The position numbers and the translations under genes were made by a program. A DNA stretch of 64,000 nt from assembly GCF_000143415.4 (NCBI RefSeq), contig NW_003314345.1:18574-82573 (forward strand), read 5' to 3'. Shown in pieces: positions 1 through 12,347 of this stretch (position 1 is its first letter; each line of letters starts with the position of its first letter). The stretch is from Selaginella moellendorffii. Taxonomy: Eukaryota; Plantae; Lycopodiophyta. The notes below the pieces were generated by a model, which worked only from the letters and a program-made list of their open reading frames with translations, had not been told where the DNA came from and did no database searches.

Positions 1-29
1 GCAAAAAGGAAGTACGAATTGCGAAAACT

Positions 30-280
30 ATCAACACTTACCGCAATCATGTCCACAACCTCTAGGCAATCGGTGGGGACCACTTTCAAGCTATATCAGT
101 GCTAGAGATCTAAAAGAAAAGAGAGGCTTTTGTATGCATGGAGTTCACATCAATGGAATGGATGTGCTCAAAGTTGGTGAGGTGGCCAAGGAAGCCATTG
201 CAAGAGCTTGGAGAGGTGATGGCAGAGTGTGAGACTTATCAGTATATAGAGGTCATTCCAGACGAGCACCACAAGCCTGG
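30..280 (+). pseudogene. Degraded fragment of plastid pyruvate dehydrogenase E1 alpha
   Basis: Frame-shifted pieces TYRNHVHNL (cf. STYRDHVHAL), FCMHGVHINGMDVLKVGEVAKEAIARAWRGDG and ECETY..YRGHS..DE match plastid PDH-E1a motifs; stops and deletions present. Confidence 0.8.
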
Positions 281-354
281 TAAGTTCCTCTCTTTGTTCT
301 TTGCTCTTTGGAGTTTCTTCTTTGGTTCTTTGGAAGCTAAACTTCATTCTTTCT

Positions 355-480
355 TTCTGTCCAGGGTATGAGCTCGCCAAGATGCTCCTTGGCGTGTTCT
401 TGCACCATCTTGTCACCCAGTTCCACATGTCGCTCCTCGAACCAAACGCGTTGATCCACTCGCAGCTCCCTCCCCATCAA
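355..480 (+). pseudogene. Cytochrome P450 C-terminal fragment (CYP85-clan/CYP90-like)
   Basis: FCPGYELAKMLLGVFLHHLVTQF resembles the heme-Cys region RxCPGxELAxxxxxxFLHHLVT; the rest of the P450 is absent. Confidence 0.7.
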
Positions 481-566
481 ACTAACAAAACTCTCAAATC
501 GTCAGAGTTTTGGAAACCGTGGAATGGCCAAATCGTTTAATATGAGAAATACCCCTGCACTCACCC

Positions 567-1753
567 TTAGTGTCCGGCGGTTCGTGCAGAGAAAAGCGAG
601 ACAATTTCAGGGTCAATCTGTCTAACAGCCACTTGCATGCTGTCAGGGAGCTCCCTGGGAACGTTGGAGCTCTCAATTACTACTGGAGTACTGAATGCTT
701 GACGTTTGTTGCCACCTATTGCAGCGTACCCGTAATCTTTGCTCACCGTGAAGCCTGTCACTCTGATACGTTCGTAGGCACTCACAATCTGTCAAAAAAT
801 GATACAAGACATTACAAACAAACATTGAGCTAGGTACCCTTTTGAAATCATTGTCGTCTGTTTTGCCTCCGTTTTTATCTGGATGGTTTTTGGCGGCCAA
901 CATCCTGTAGGCAGTGCGTACCTTGCAAAGAAATTTAGAAGTTAGAGAGGTAAAAGCTGAGGCTTGTAATGTGATACCTGGGATGCAGAAGCATTTCGCT
1001 GCAGGCCAAGAGTTGCATATGGGCATTCGCTAGCAGATGCTGCCGCCTCCTCTGCTTTCTTTGCATTGAAACAGCTCCCAAGGACGAGCTCGTAAAAGTC
1101 GTTTGCTGGTTCATACGCGTATTCCAAACTGGAAAGCAGATATAGAGTCACGCAAACTCAAACTCTGGTTGCTTACTCGGATCGAGGAATCTGCCTCAAA
1201 GACGCGGATGCTTTAGCTCCACATTCTGCAACTTCCCTTGGCAGCAAAGGAAAGGACATGTCAGAGGCGATGGATTTAATCTACCACGTTTACCGGCAGA
1301 GGAAACGGATGGCTTTGGGAAGAGCTTGGGCAGCATCTTCCTCGGATACCAAGGCTAGCTCCGCCACAGGAAGCCAGTCGTCCAGCTTCTTGCTCTGCGC
1401 GGAGCCCCTCTGCCTCAAGCAAACCACAAACTCTCGTATCTTGCGATCCGGGGAGAAATCGTCCAAGAGCCGGTCATAGAGCTGCTCCGACCTTCTGAGC
1501 AAAACGCTGGCACTTGATGCTGAAGCCACGGTTCTCCAGATTAAAACCAGAGCCAAAGCCAATCAGTAGCCTTACCAGCGGTTTTCGGCGGCGCTCTTGC
1601 TCCAAATCCTAGGCCCGGCGCACGAGCCGCCGCACTCTTGGCAGACTTGGCGCCACAGCGGACAATGGCCTTCTTGAGGGATCTTGCATTCTGTCCTTGG
1701 CGAGGCCTCGGCCAAAGCCTGGCAACGCCGTGGCACTGCCAGCAAGCCTCCAT
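567..1753 (-). CDS. DnaJ/J-domain protein, probably plastid-targeted (multi-exon)
   Basis: Exons encode [34 protein letters not shown] (HPD motif); Arg/Ala-rich N-terminus; short GT-AG introns; an in-frame upstream ATG also exists at 1783. Confidence 0.8.
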
Positions 1754-1801
1754 AGGGTTTATGGATTTATTCCCGCATTTCATATGTACAATTGCGCAAC
1801 G

Positions 1802-4800
1802 TCAACTGGGCTGCTGCTCTCTAGTATCGACGCTCTCCCCGCAGTAGATTGTCACTATGGAGTCTGCCGCCGCAGCTGCAAGATGGACACTGTATGGATG
1901 AAACGAAAGGCAGCTCACCGCCCCAATCTTGACCGCCAAGAAGCTGTTGTAGTACCGAATCCTGCTCACCTCTTGCCCGCTCAGGTTGAACACACGAATG
2001 CCGTTGTTCATGGAGCCGGTTGCAATCACCGGTGCATGGCGATGAACACTGAGGGCCGTCAAGTGCCCACGGCTGTGAGCACCAAACCCCCATGCCGCAG
2101 CCGATGGAAACCGGAGGTCGAGAAACTTCACGTCTCCAGTCTGCGACGCTGATACAACCTGCACAACCCGACCCTTTTAACACGCGAGAAACAAAAACAG
2201 GGATGGGAAAGTCGACGACCGTCTGAGCGCTCGACGCGGACTGGAACTCCAATCCTATCACCCTGTGCGTGTGTGGCCTCATACCAGAGACGAGCCTGCC
2301 GGGACAACAGTTGAGAGAAATGCCACGTCCAAAGAAGTATCAAAATCATCTTACGGGCTGTGAGATCGTATGTCGTAGATGCGAACAGCTCCGTCACAAC
2401 AGCCTACAGCTAGAACCCCCGACGGAGATTGTGATGCAGACTGCAAAACCGAGAGATGATGGAACGCGTAGCTTTCACTCTACAGCAGCAACTCACCATG
2501 GCTGAAATGCCACTCTCTCCTGGAGCTTGTATGGTGCATGCCAGCAGCTCTCGGTCGAGATCCCAGACCACAATTGACGACGACTCCCCAGCTGATGCGT
2601 ACTGCATGCATACACAAACTTAGTATGCAGACCGACCCTCCACAAAGGACACACGTACCAGGTAACCCGTTGCTTGCTGCCAGTCGACGACAGCACTAGC
2701 AGCTCGGTTGCCCGGCCTGGGGCCTTGAAGTGCCTGCCACGACGTCGCTAGGCGCTGCTTTCCCTTTATAGCGTAGTCCTTCCAGACCCTTACACTGCCA
2801 TCGCCTACACCACCATAGATACTCAGGACGAGGCAACAGCATAAAACAAAATGCCAGCTTACTTGAGGCCACCAGCAGTAAACTGTGCTCGAGCTCATTC
2901 ACGAAACAGAGTTTTGAAACGCCGCGTTCAGGGAAGCTATGGTTGTCGAAAGAGTTCATTTCGCTTCCGTCCTTCTCCTCGTAGTTCCAGACCCTGATCA
3001 TGGACCAGACCAGCTCTCGATAAGGGAAACATACTACGTGAAGCTGATCGGCTTACTTGATAGTCTCCTTGTCATCAGCGGCGCAAATAAGGGGGTCAAA
3101 TGGGTGAAGGACAACTGCTCTCGTACAATTGTCCGATTGTCCATCCCAGATCGGATCACCTAGCTTGGTTACATCTGCAACGAGCCAACACAATTAGCAC
3201 GGCTAAAAGCGAAAACACGAGAAATGGATAGCCTACGTAAATGCTGGCACTTTGAAATCCCGTCGACTGCTTTCTTCTCGCGCGCTAATCTCAACGCAGG
3301 AGCGTCACCGTCTTCGTCCTGAGTTGGCTCAAGCAGTGGCCTTGAGAAGTGGCCGCAGCTCCAGTCGTAGAGGGAGGAGGCAGGCACGTCTTGCTGGGAA
3401 GTTTGGTTCGTAGCGGAAAGGATGGAGCCGGCTTCCGCAAATCCTGCCATGGAGTGGACCTTGGGAACTGTAGGAGTCAGGCCGCTGCTTGCTTCCCCCG
3501 GAATACGTGATGACAGTCTCGTCGACTCACGTGCAGTTAAGGATGGGGAAAATTCAAGGGACGGCACCCTCCTCATTCCCATTGGGCTGACGCTTAGAAA
3601 GCTCGGCCTGGTAGGACTCGCGGAACTTCTTAGAGGCGCAACCAGAGATGCTGCAAGAAAAAAAATATAGACTTGAATGAGAAAAGGAAAAACTCCCTGG
3701 GCCTCACCTAGATTAGTTTCAACCCACGACGTAGAGCGAGTCAGTCCGCCACCCGCGCCAAGATGAATGCTCGGAACAGACGAATTGCGGTGATGCCCCG
3801 GCTTGCCTGAGCCTTTCCATGAGTTGAGCAGGGAGCCAACGCCTATAATGTGCAAAACCTTCTGACCCAGCTCCGCTACTTGTGGCGACGTATCCCGAGC
3901 CAAAGCATAGGCAGTTGCAATGCAACGCAAGTACAAGCTGTTATTGTCCTCGGCGCGGGGTCTCCTGAGCTTCAAAGTGCCATTGCCGTTGGAGCCGTTC
4001 ACTACAAGCTTGGATCCATCCAGCGGCGACGATGCCCCGGACGAGGGGGCGGACGAGGGGGCGGACGACGAATTACTACCATCTTGCTTCTCACCGCCAG
4101 CTGCTGACACATCCGGTTGAGCTTTCTGGTCCAGGCTAAGTGACCGAACTACCAGTAGCACTTGAGACGGACAAATCAGGCTGCCTGTAGGACTCTTGCT
4201 GGAAGAGAAGTCCGCCAGCGCAGGGTTCGAAGGCGGCTTCAAATATGCAGCCGCCGCGGAATTCAGAAACTTATGATGGTTGGTAGCGAAGTGCGCAAAA
4301 GCTGCGAGAGAGAGGGAGAGAGGAAGAGAGCGTGAGAGGCATGCAGTTAAAGTACGTTATGCCCATACCTATGGCAAGTTCAGCTCTGACCAGAGGACTC
4401 CCATCACCCACCGCTCGCAAAAGAACCTTTGCGATGTCCTGCTCGATCACGAGTCTATCGTCTTCGTTATCTTCCTCTGCCGCCGCATCATTCTTTGAGG
4501 AAGAGAGCAACGTCCCCAGGGCGAATACAGCCGACGCTCGGACCTGACTTGGAACATGTCACACAAGCTAGGCTGGATCACCAAACATAAGCAGCAGGAC
4601 GAAGGTTACCTCGGGTTGCGGTTCACTCAAGAGTTGAGCCAAACTACTAATGGCATTCTCGCGGAAGGCACATGCCTGGGCTGCACTTGTACCATCCCAA
4701 AGCTTGCCGAGGCATAAGCACGCCCATTGCAGAAAGAGAGGCTCGGCCTGCGTTTCCAGTTCAGTGCCCGCTTGAACATGCCGTAGAAGGATTGAAACCA

Positions 4801-7036
4801 CGCCCGCTTCGTGGCATGCAAGCTGCCCACGAGGATACCCGTCAACAATGACGGAAAGAACGAAAGCAGCCATAGCTTGCTGTTCTGCCAGATAGTCCGG
4901 GCTGTCCAGAAACCTGATAAAGTACAAATGACCTTTGTCCTTTACCAGATCGACCTGGCATGACTGCAAGCGACAGAAGGAAATTAGAACAAACTAGAAC
5001 AAGAACGAGAGGGAGTGAAGCGCGTGTTACCTTGTCCAGGGCAAGGATCTTCGTCCATATAAATACCAATATCTGCCGAAGTTCTGTTGCCGTCGTTTGA
5101 AGTAGCTTGAGGACGTAGGGGAAGATACCGACGGATAAAGCCTGAGAGCAGCTGCTGTTAAGACGAACACAAGAACCGCGAACATAAATAACGAACCAGA
5201 TCGATTGCCCAAGGTCCCATATCCAGAAACCTCCCCAGTAGTACCAGAGCCCGAAACCGATGCGACTGGCTCAGTAAAACCTGAAGCACAATCGGTAACT
5301 GCTCCGGGGGCGGCTTCCTCTCTGATCCCGAGCTAAGCCACACCTCGAAAGCAGAAAGCTGCTGCGCAAAGAATGAACTTGGCTGCACAAAACATGGGAG
5401 GAAGAACAAAATAAAAAATAACGAGTCGTGCACGCTTACTTTGAATTCCGCATTCGGATCATCGAGCAGAGCCGGAAGCTGAGCCAAACAGAACTCTGCT
5501 GCCATATCCCAGGCGTCCCTGCATCAACTTTTATATGTGAACAAGCTGTAAACACAATAGGAGCGGGGAAAAAAGATACAAACCACATTGGATGCTGATG
5601 AGTGAGAGGCAGCCGCGGATAACATTGAGGTGCACAGTTTGCAGACCTCATAATCCGCTCCGCAAGGAGAAAGTTTCGAAATAGACTTGCAACCAAAAGG
5701 TCTTGCCGGAACAAGCGCTGGAAAAGTTCTGCACGGGCGTAAGTAAGACAGAGAGGAGAGAGGAGAGGTAAACACAGTACATACCCGGTGGAAGCACATT
5801 CCAGGCAATGGTGTCGGTGACGGCCGTGAATATCCAATTCAGTTCCCCGAGTGGAGTCTTTCGGTCAATCTGTCGGCCAGGAATCTTGTCAACAAGGTCC
5901 AAGCGGAGTGAATCCCGCAGCAACGATCTGGAGCAGAACCTGCAAAGTGCAGATTGAAAAGGCGATAAACAAAGTTGTGCTCACTCTCTCTCACCATCTC
6001 AAAGCAACTTTGATAGGCGTCGTCAGACACGCTGTGAACAAGTCCGCCGGAAACACGGGGTTCTGAGGAAGAAGCTCGTTTGCACCACAGGCAGCGAGTA
6101 AAATGCAGTTTTTCGTTGCTGTGAAGTCTGGACGCTGGAAAAGTTGACAGGTAAGACAAGCAAGCGAATATTTTGTTTCTTTTGTTTCTTTTATTTCTTT
6201 TTGGTCTACCTCGCAGAAGGCCTTGATGATTGCTCCGGCACCAGAACAATCAAAGACGTAAATGGATGGGGAGCCCAGCCACGAATCCAGCTCATACACG
6301 GAGAGGGGGATGTACTGCGTGTAGCTCTGCAAATACATTGTTGGGAAGAAGAAATGAAGAAAAGCTCGCACCTGGTTGAAAAACCATATCTCCCCGCTTG
6401 CCGTTGGTTTCGGCACGCCATGCCCATTGTAATGGAACAAGACCCTTTCCGACTTGGCCGTTTCCCTGCACTGCACGCACAGTTTCTTCACCTCGTCAAC
6501 CGTGGAGTCGAGCCGAAGGTTGTACAGTGCCTACTGCCAAAAAAACCAGCAAGCTGAGAACCCGAGCCAAGCGCCTGTGGTGCGTTGCGGGCTATAGCTT
6601 CCTACCTTGGGTTGCCATCGCTTGTACTGCGACTGCAGCGTCTGCCCAATCACATCAATGGCCTTTGCCGACGGCTCTGGAAAGAAGAAAGAGTATAAGG
6701 CCTGACAGAGCTCTTCCGCGCTTCTTACCAATCCAGCACTCCATCCGCGCACAAGGGCTGATCTTGATAACATCCGGCGGATCGATGCCGATGTTGAGGC
6801 ACAGAACAAGCGCGACGCATCCCGTTTTCATCTGGCGGCGGCGAACAGTGAGCGTGCATTGGAGTGGGCAGCTACAGAAACCTTACCCGATCCTTCATTC
6901 TCCATTTGGACACAGCGGCGGTGGCCGGCGCCGGCGCCGGCGCCGGCGCCGCCTCGTGGCGGAGGTCGCAGAGGTAGCAAGCGGGCGGGAGAAGCGCCGC
7001 AATGCCCCTGGTTGTCGCGTTCCCGCCCTCGTCCAT
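1802..7036 (-). CDS. RAPTOR: Regulatory-associated protein of TOR (multi-exon)
   Basis: RNC domain ([36 protein letters not shown]; [16 protein letters not shown]; SYTQYIPL), HEAT region ([24 protein letters not shown]) and C-terminal WD40 repeats. Confidence 0.97.
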
Positions 7037-7359
7037 GCCCACGCAAATGCACCAAGAGCTCCTAGAGACGCGGCGCTGGCGCTCCAATCCCAGTGGCTAG
7101 TGTGCCCCCAGCGAAGGCGGTGCTGAGCTTCATCGCGGCCCTAAAATCTAGAAACCTCCTAAAGCCCTAACCTACCATCTCCCCCCGTGTGCACCAAAGA
7201 GCCAGCTGGGAGCTGTCCCATGCCCCTCGAGTGCCGACCAGGGCAGCTGCAGCGAATCGAACCCCCTTTCTTTTGTCTCGCCATTTGTGTGTGTGTTTGT
7301 ATGTAATATAATATCTCTCTCTCCTTTAAGCTTAGGCCTAAGTAGAGCGAGCACGATGA

Positions 7360-8850
7360 TCACCCGCGCCTCATTTGCTTCTTCCACTTGTCCGCGCAGG
7401 CGATGGCGTTTGCGCGCTCTTGGGCGGGCAATTGCTGCACCAGCGCGTCGCGGATGTGTATGGCAGCTGTTTCCCCCGCCCGCGTCGCCAGCTCCAGGAA
7501 CGCCAGGGCCAGGCCGCCGTCGCCCTCCTGCATGCAGAGCAGCAGTGAGAAACAAGAGCGCCACCCTTCCTCCCTACCGCGAACAGTGTCAAGCCGTGCT
7601 CGAACTGCGCCTTGCGGTGCCCCGCCAGCGCCGCACGCCGCATCCAATGCCGCGCGTGGTGATAGTTGCGAGCAAAGCCTTCTCCAGACAGGAAGCACAG
7701 GGCCGTGTTGTACATTGCTCTCGAGCTCCCACCCTCGGCTGCTCGCAAGTACCATCGAGCCTGCCGCAAGCACACGTTGAAAAAACGAAAAGAGCAGCCT
7801 CACAGACTTACAGCCTTGCCGGGATTGGGCTCGACACCGCGTCCCTGCTGCAAGCACAGGGCCAAGCTGTACTGCGCGCGGACATGGCCAGCGTCCGAGG
7901 CCCTCTGGAACCACTTGACGGCCTCACTGGCGTCCACCGGTTCTGCAAGCAGCCCACCAGCGTTTGTTGCTGAAAACAAAAAGCTGGAAACCACGGACGT
8001 ACGTACCTTGCAGCAACGCCAGGCCGAGGTTGCACTGCCCGGCGGCATCACCGAGCTCGGCAGCTTTCCTATACCATTGAATGCCTTCCTCCCTTCTCCC
8101 CTATATACCCAGAAACTTGATCAAGCGAGGATCCCCAAAGGAAGAAACAAACGCAAGCAACAAACAAGCCAAGCCAATCTCTACCTGTTCCCAAAGCAAC
8201 AAGCCAGCATCGATCATGGCAGCTGCACATCCCCGAGCAGCTCCCTTGAGGAACGAATCTAAAGCCATGCCTGTGTCCTGAGGCACACCACCCCGCCCAT
8301 GCTTGTACATTTTCCCCCACTTGACAAACGTTACTGCCTCGCGGAGAGACGAGAGCGCTTGGTACCACGACTTGCACACCATGCTCGCAGCCCACAGGTT
8401 CGGCAGCGAGAAGCCCCCAGAGATCCGCCGCAGGACGTCGAAGGGCAGCTGCGAGAAATCCACATCCTCCTGCCCCTGCTCGCGCGCTTGCTGCTTCACC
8501 AAGCTCGCACCTCTCGACGATGGCTGCTGCTGCGCTTGGAACGCAGCCGGCACTAGACTTATACTCCCACTCCCATGCCTGCGAGCGTCCACCCCGCCTT
8601 GCTTCCAGAACCTCCTCTCCAGATCGCCGGGCTCCTGCTGTTGCGGCTGCTGCTGCTGCTGCGACCTACTGCTCCTGCCGTGGAAGCCATCCAGGCCGCC
8701 AATGTTGCTGAACAGAGTCACGCTCTCGTGGCTCAGGTGCCTGTCCCGCTCCGAGGACGACGCGCTCTGCTGCTGCTCCTGCTGGCGGCGGGGATCCCGA
8801 TCACGCACCTGCGCAGCTTGGCGGCTGGCTTTGAGCTTGAAAGATCCCAT
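7360..8850 (-). CDS. F-box protein with Sel1-like repeats (At1g70590-like)
   Basis: FSQLPFDVLRRI F-box followed by Sel1 repeats (AVKWFQRASDAGHVRAQYSLALCLQQGRGV; AMYNTALCFLSGEG). Confidence 0.9.
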
Positions 8851-9031
8851 TCTTCCCCTCTCCCGCGGACCTCTCCACCAGCTGCGAGCCTGCTGCTGCT
8901 ACAGGGGGCAGCCCTAAACGCGGATCGCCATAGCCAAATCGTGTTTTTTTGAAACAGCATCTTCACCACGATCGCAGCCGTCGCTTTGGCTGAATATTCC
9001 GCCCTAATCTTCACTCTCGTCCTCCTCCTCC

Positions 9032-10294
9032 ATGAAGAGCAGCGGCAGCGGCAGTGGGAGCGGCGGCAATGCGCGGCGCGCAGCAGCTGCCGCGCCCCTC
9101 AGCAACTACGAGTTCGATTTCGGGAATCTAGGTCGCGGATCTGGCAACACCACGCTCAGCGGCCTCAAGCAGCCGGCCCCATCGCAGCCGCAACCACAGC
9201 AGCCACAGCAGCAGCAGGCCAAGCAAGCACAGCCACAGCCATGGACTCACAAGCCGGTCTCCAGCTTAACAGGTACGAGCTCCATGGTGGGAGACATCAC
9301 CGGCAGGAGCTGGGTGCCACTCGAGTCCAGTGCCACTGCGAAGAGCAGGCCGGCGAGCAATGGAGTCGTGGGTGGAGTTGGCAACTCCAAAGCGGATCTC
9401 TTCAGCGATCTGCTCAAGACGCCCATGACCGCGATGAAATCTGGATCTGGATCTACTGCGGCCCCCATGGCTGCGTCGCTCAACAGAGGGGCTCCCATGA
9501 AGGATGGTGGCAGATCTGCGAATGCTGGTGGTTTCGTGGGCATGTCTGCTCCACCGCCGCCGCCTTCAGCTGGTGGTGGTTTCGTGGGCATGTCCGCTCC
9601 ACCACCGCAGGCAGCTGCCATGGACAAGCTCTTTGAACCGGCTTCTTCAGGGAGAGCTCAGGATCCTCTGGATGATCTCTGGCGCAAGATACCACCACCG
9701 CAACCACAGGCTCCTCCACAGGCACAAGCTAGCGTGAGCATGTCCAACGGGATTCATGGCCTCAACGAAGCCGACTGGGACACGGGGTTTCAAGCCGCCG
9801 ATGCTGACCCGGCGCCGGCCACCACCGAGCTCGACGGACTACCACCTCCACCGGCTGGCGTTACGGGCAGCTTGGCCAAGGACAAAGGCGACGAGTTTCA
9901 AAAGCAAGGCCAGTTTGCCGATGCGATCAAGTGGCTGACTTGGGCCGTGGTGCTGCTGGACAAGTCCCCAGACAAGCTGACTGGAGTTCTTGCCACTCGA
10001 GCGGCGTGTTACAAAGAAGTCGGCGAGTACAAGAAAGCTGTTGGCGACTGTTCCAAGGTAGTAGGCTTTACTTTTCAATTTGGTCCGTCTTCGTCACACC
10101 CGGTTTCACTATTCCAGGTGTTGGAGATGGCCGGGCCGACGGCTGAGGTGCTCTTGCAACGGGCTTTCCTGTACGAGAGCATGGAGAAATACAAGCTGTG
10201 CGTGCAAGATCTGCGAGAGGCTTTGCAGAGAGACCCCTCCAACAGGATGGCCAGGAACACGCTGGCGAGGCTGGCTAGGATGGCTGACGAGTGA
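9032..10294 (+). CDS. TPR-domain protein with low-complexity N-terminus
   Basis: C-terminal TPR triad (AKDKGDEFQKQGQFADAIKW; RAACYKEVGEYKKAVGDC; VLLQRAFLYESMEKY); probable in-frame 60-nt intron ~10058-10117. Confidence 0.88.
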   Translation: MKSSGSGSGSGGNARRAAAAAPLSNYEFDFGNLGRGSGNTTLSGLKQPAPSQPQPQQPQQQQAKQAQPQPWTHKPVSSLTGTSSMVGDITGRSWVPLESSATAKSRPASNGVVGGVGNSKADLFSDLLKTPMTAMKSGSGSTAAPMAASLNRGAPMKDGGRSANAGGFVGMSAPPPPPSAGGGFVGMSAPPPQAAAMDKLFEPASSGRAQDPLDDLWRKIPPPQPQAPPQAQASVSMSNGIHGLNEADWDTGFQAADADPAPATTELDGLPPPPAGVTGSLAKDKGDEFQKQGQFADAIKWLTWAVVLLDKSPDKLTGVLATRAACYKEVGEYKKAVGDCSKVVGFTFQFGPSSSHPVSLFQVLEMAGPTAEVLLQRAFLYESMEKYKLCVQDLREALQRDPSNRMARNTLARLARMADE

Positions 10295-10341
10295 CAAATT
10301 GTATTCTTGGGTATTGTTTCTTTCCCATTTTTCCATCCCAA

Positions 10342-12278
10342 TCACTTCTTGTGCCGACTGCGAGGGTACAGGAGCTGGTGTAGCAAGAGCTGTGCAGTGT
10401 CGATGCATCTGGCCTGCAAGGCAGCACTTAAATAATCATCGGAATGGTATTCGTGTTTGCTCATCTTACTCGTCTAGCAAACGCGAAACGCATGGTTTTC
10501 AGTTCGATGCCGCGGCATGCTCTCACGTCCACTCCGAGGCTGTCCACTCCGATCACCACCACCTCCTGTCGTAAAGCTCAGCACGTAAGAAAGGAGAGAG
10601 ATCGGAAGGAATTGCACCTCAAAATCTACACCGTGCTCCCTATGACACAGGCTCTTGAGGGCGCGTTTCACTTTCTTTCCACCCGAGTTTAAACGCTTGA
10701 TTATGTCCGGGGCTGCATGAGCCAAGACATCCGCCTCAGAGTATCTGAACTCCTTGACATCCACCGAGGCCTGCAAAAGCATAGTGAATACTAGTGGCTG
10801 ATAAAGCTTGCAGAATGCTTACGTGAGCTCCAATATCAGATGCAAGTTGAATGCTTTGAATCTGAAACTTGTACAGCGATGTTTCAGACTCGCTGCTGTC
10901 TGACCACTCTTCTTCTTCGCTCTCGGATGATGAAGCTGCATATCAAGATGAAGCATATTGAAATCTATAATCCCCATTCTCCAGTTACACGTACCCTCTT
11001 GTGTTTCTTCTTCGTCTCCGCTGCTCTCGTCATCATCTTCCCAAAGGAACCGCTCCTCCCACATTTTACGAGCAGAAGCTGCTTCCTCCTCGGTCACACT
11101 GCTCACCACCCCTGTCATGGCCAGCCGCATCGACGGCTTGAAGATCCCGGAAACGGGGTCCAGAGATGTAACCTGCAACAAGAATGCTCTGTTGAAGTGA
11201 GCATAACAAAGCAGCGGAACGAAGTTTACCTTGGCAAGCTTAGATGCAAACACCATAGGATGCACACCGAGGGGCATGTCGCAGGTGTCCGAAACATCCT
11301 CAGATTCCGAAATGTCACCGTCTTGGCTACTAATCTCGTCTTGGCTACTATCGTCCTCAACAAAAGCCTCCACATCCTGCAAGCAAAGGTCAGTTTTCAA
11401 GCTCACAAACCTGGCCTCACCACCTGCAGTGTAGCAGGATCGTCTGCCAGATGGTTCTCATAAGTAGGCAGCAACTCGGTCGTCAGCAGCTCGTTGAGTT
11501 CGCCAAAGCCGATTATAAACTGTACGCAAGCCTAAGAGACATGAAGAAGTGGAGAACTTGGGATGTTTACCGAGCACTGGGGATTCACGGCCAAGTTGTG
11601 TAAAACATCATTGTCATCCGCTAGTTCAAAGTAGATATCTGCACAACACACACAACTCGATCGCACTGAGCCGGAAACCTTGTTTCTGTGCATACCTCCG
11701 TGCTCGTCCACAACGAACATAACTTCGGTGCCGTACACGGCATTGCTTTGAGACAAGGCGGGAGCTAAAAGAATCGCGTTGCTGTTAACCTGCAAAAAGC
11801 GAGAAAGTTCCACCGAGGTCAACAGGAGGAAAGAGGAACCCAAACCTCGGCAATTGTGCGTGCAATCTCCCCGTCGTTGAGCTTGCTCGTACGCACTCTC
11901 TCCAGCTGCTCTTTCTCCCGACTCGAGAGTTCTTCCAGAGGGTGAAACCCATTCCCGCTCTTCCACACATCAGGCCGCGAGTCCGAATTGTTGGCTGCCG
12001 CAGCCGCATTGCAGCACCAAACTGTCGCCCTGTGCTGACCCCGGCTGCCGTTGCTGTTGCTGCTGCTGCTGCTCACACCAAAGTCAAGATTTTACTAGTC
12101 TGGATTAGTCTTCGCTTTGGAGAACCTGTAGCAGTAGCACTTCTTCACTGCTGCAATTCGGCTTCCACAGCAGACAGCGGCACCACCTGGAACAACAACA
12201 ACACGGGCGCTTGAAACCGGATGGAGGAACCAACCCAAGCTTACCAATGCAGACGAGGGCAGCAGCAGTGGCCGCCAT
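10342..12278 (-). CDS. Plastid-targeted At3g49140-like protein (FMN-binding split-barrel-like; multi-exon)
   Basis: FHPLEEL..LNDGEIARTIAE-VNSNA; FVVDEHG-DIYFE; HPMVFASKL; VIGVDSLGVDVRACRGIELKTMRF. Confidence 0.78.
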
Positions 12279-12347
12279 AGCGCTCCAGCTCACTCATCCA
12301 TTGCCCTGCCCTCTCTTTTTAAGAAGGATTTGAGTAATTCGATGTTG

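Noticed and set aside
6924-6952. Palindromic (CCGGCG)n tract in RAPTOR exon 1
   Set aside because: In-frame coding microsatellite giving APAPAPA in a variable region
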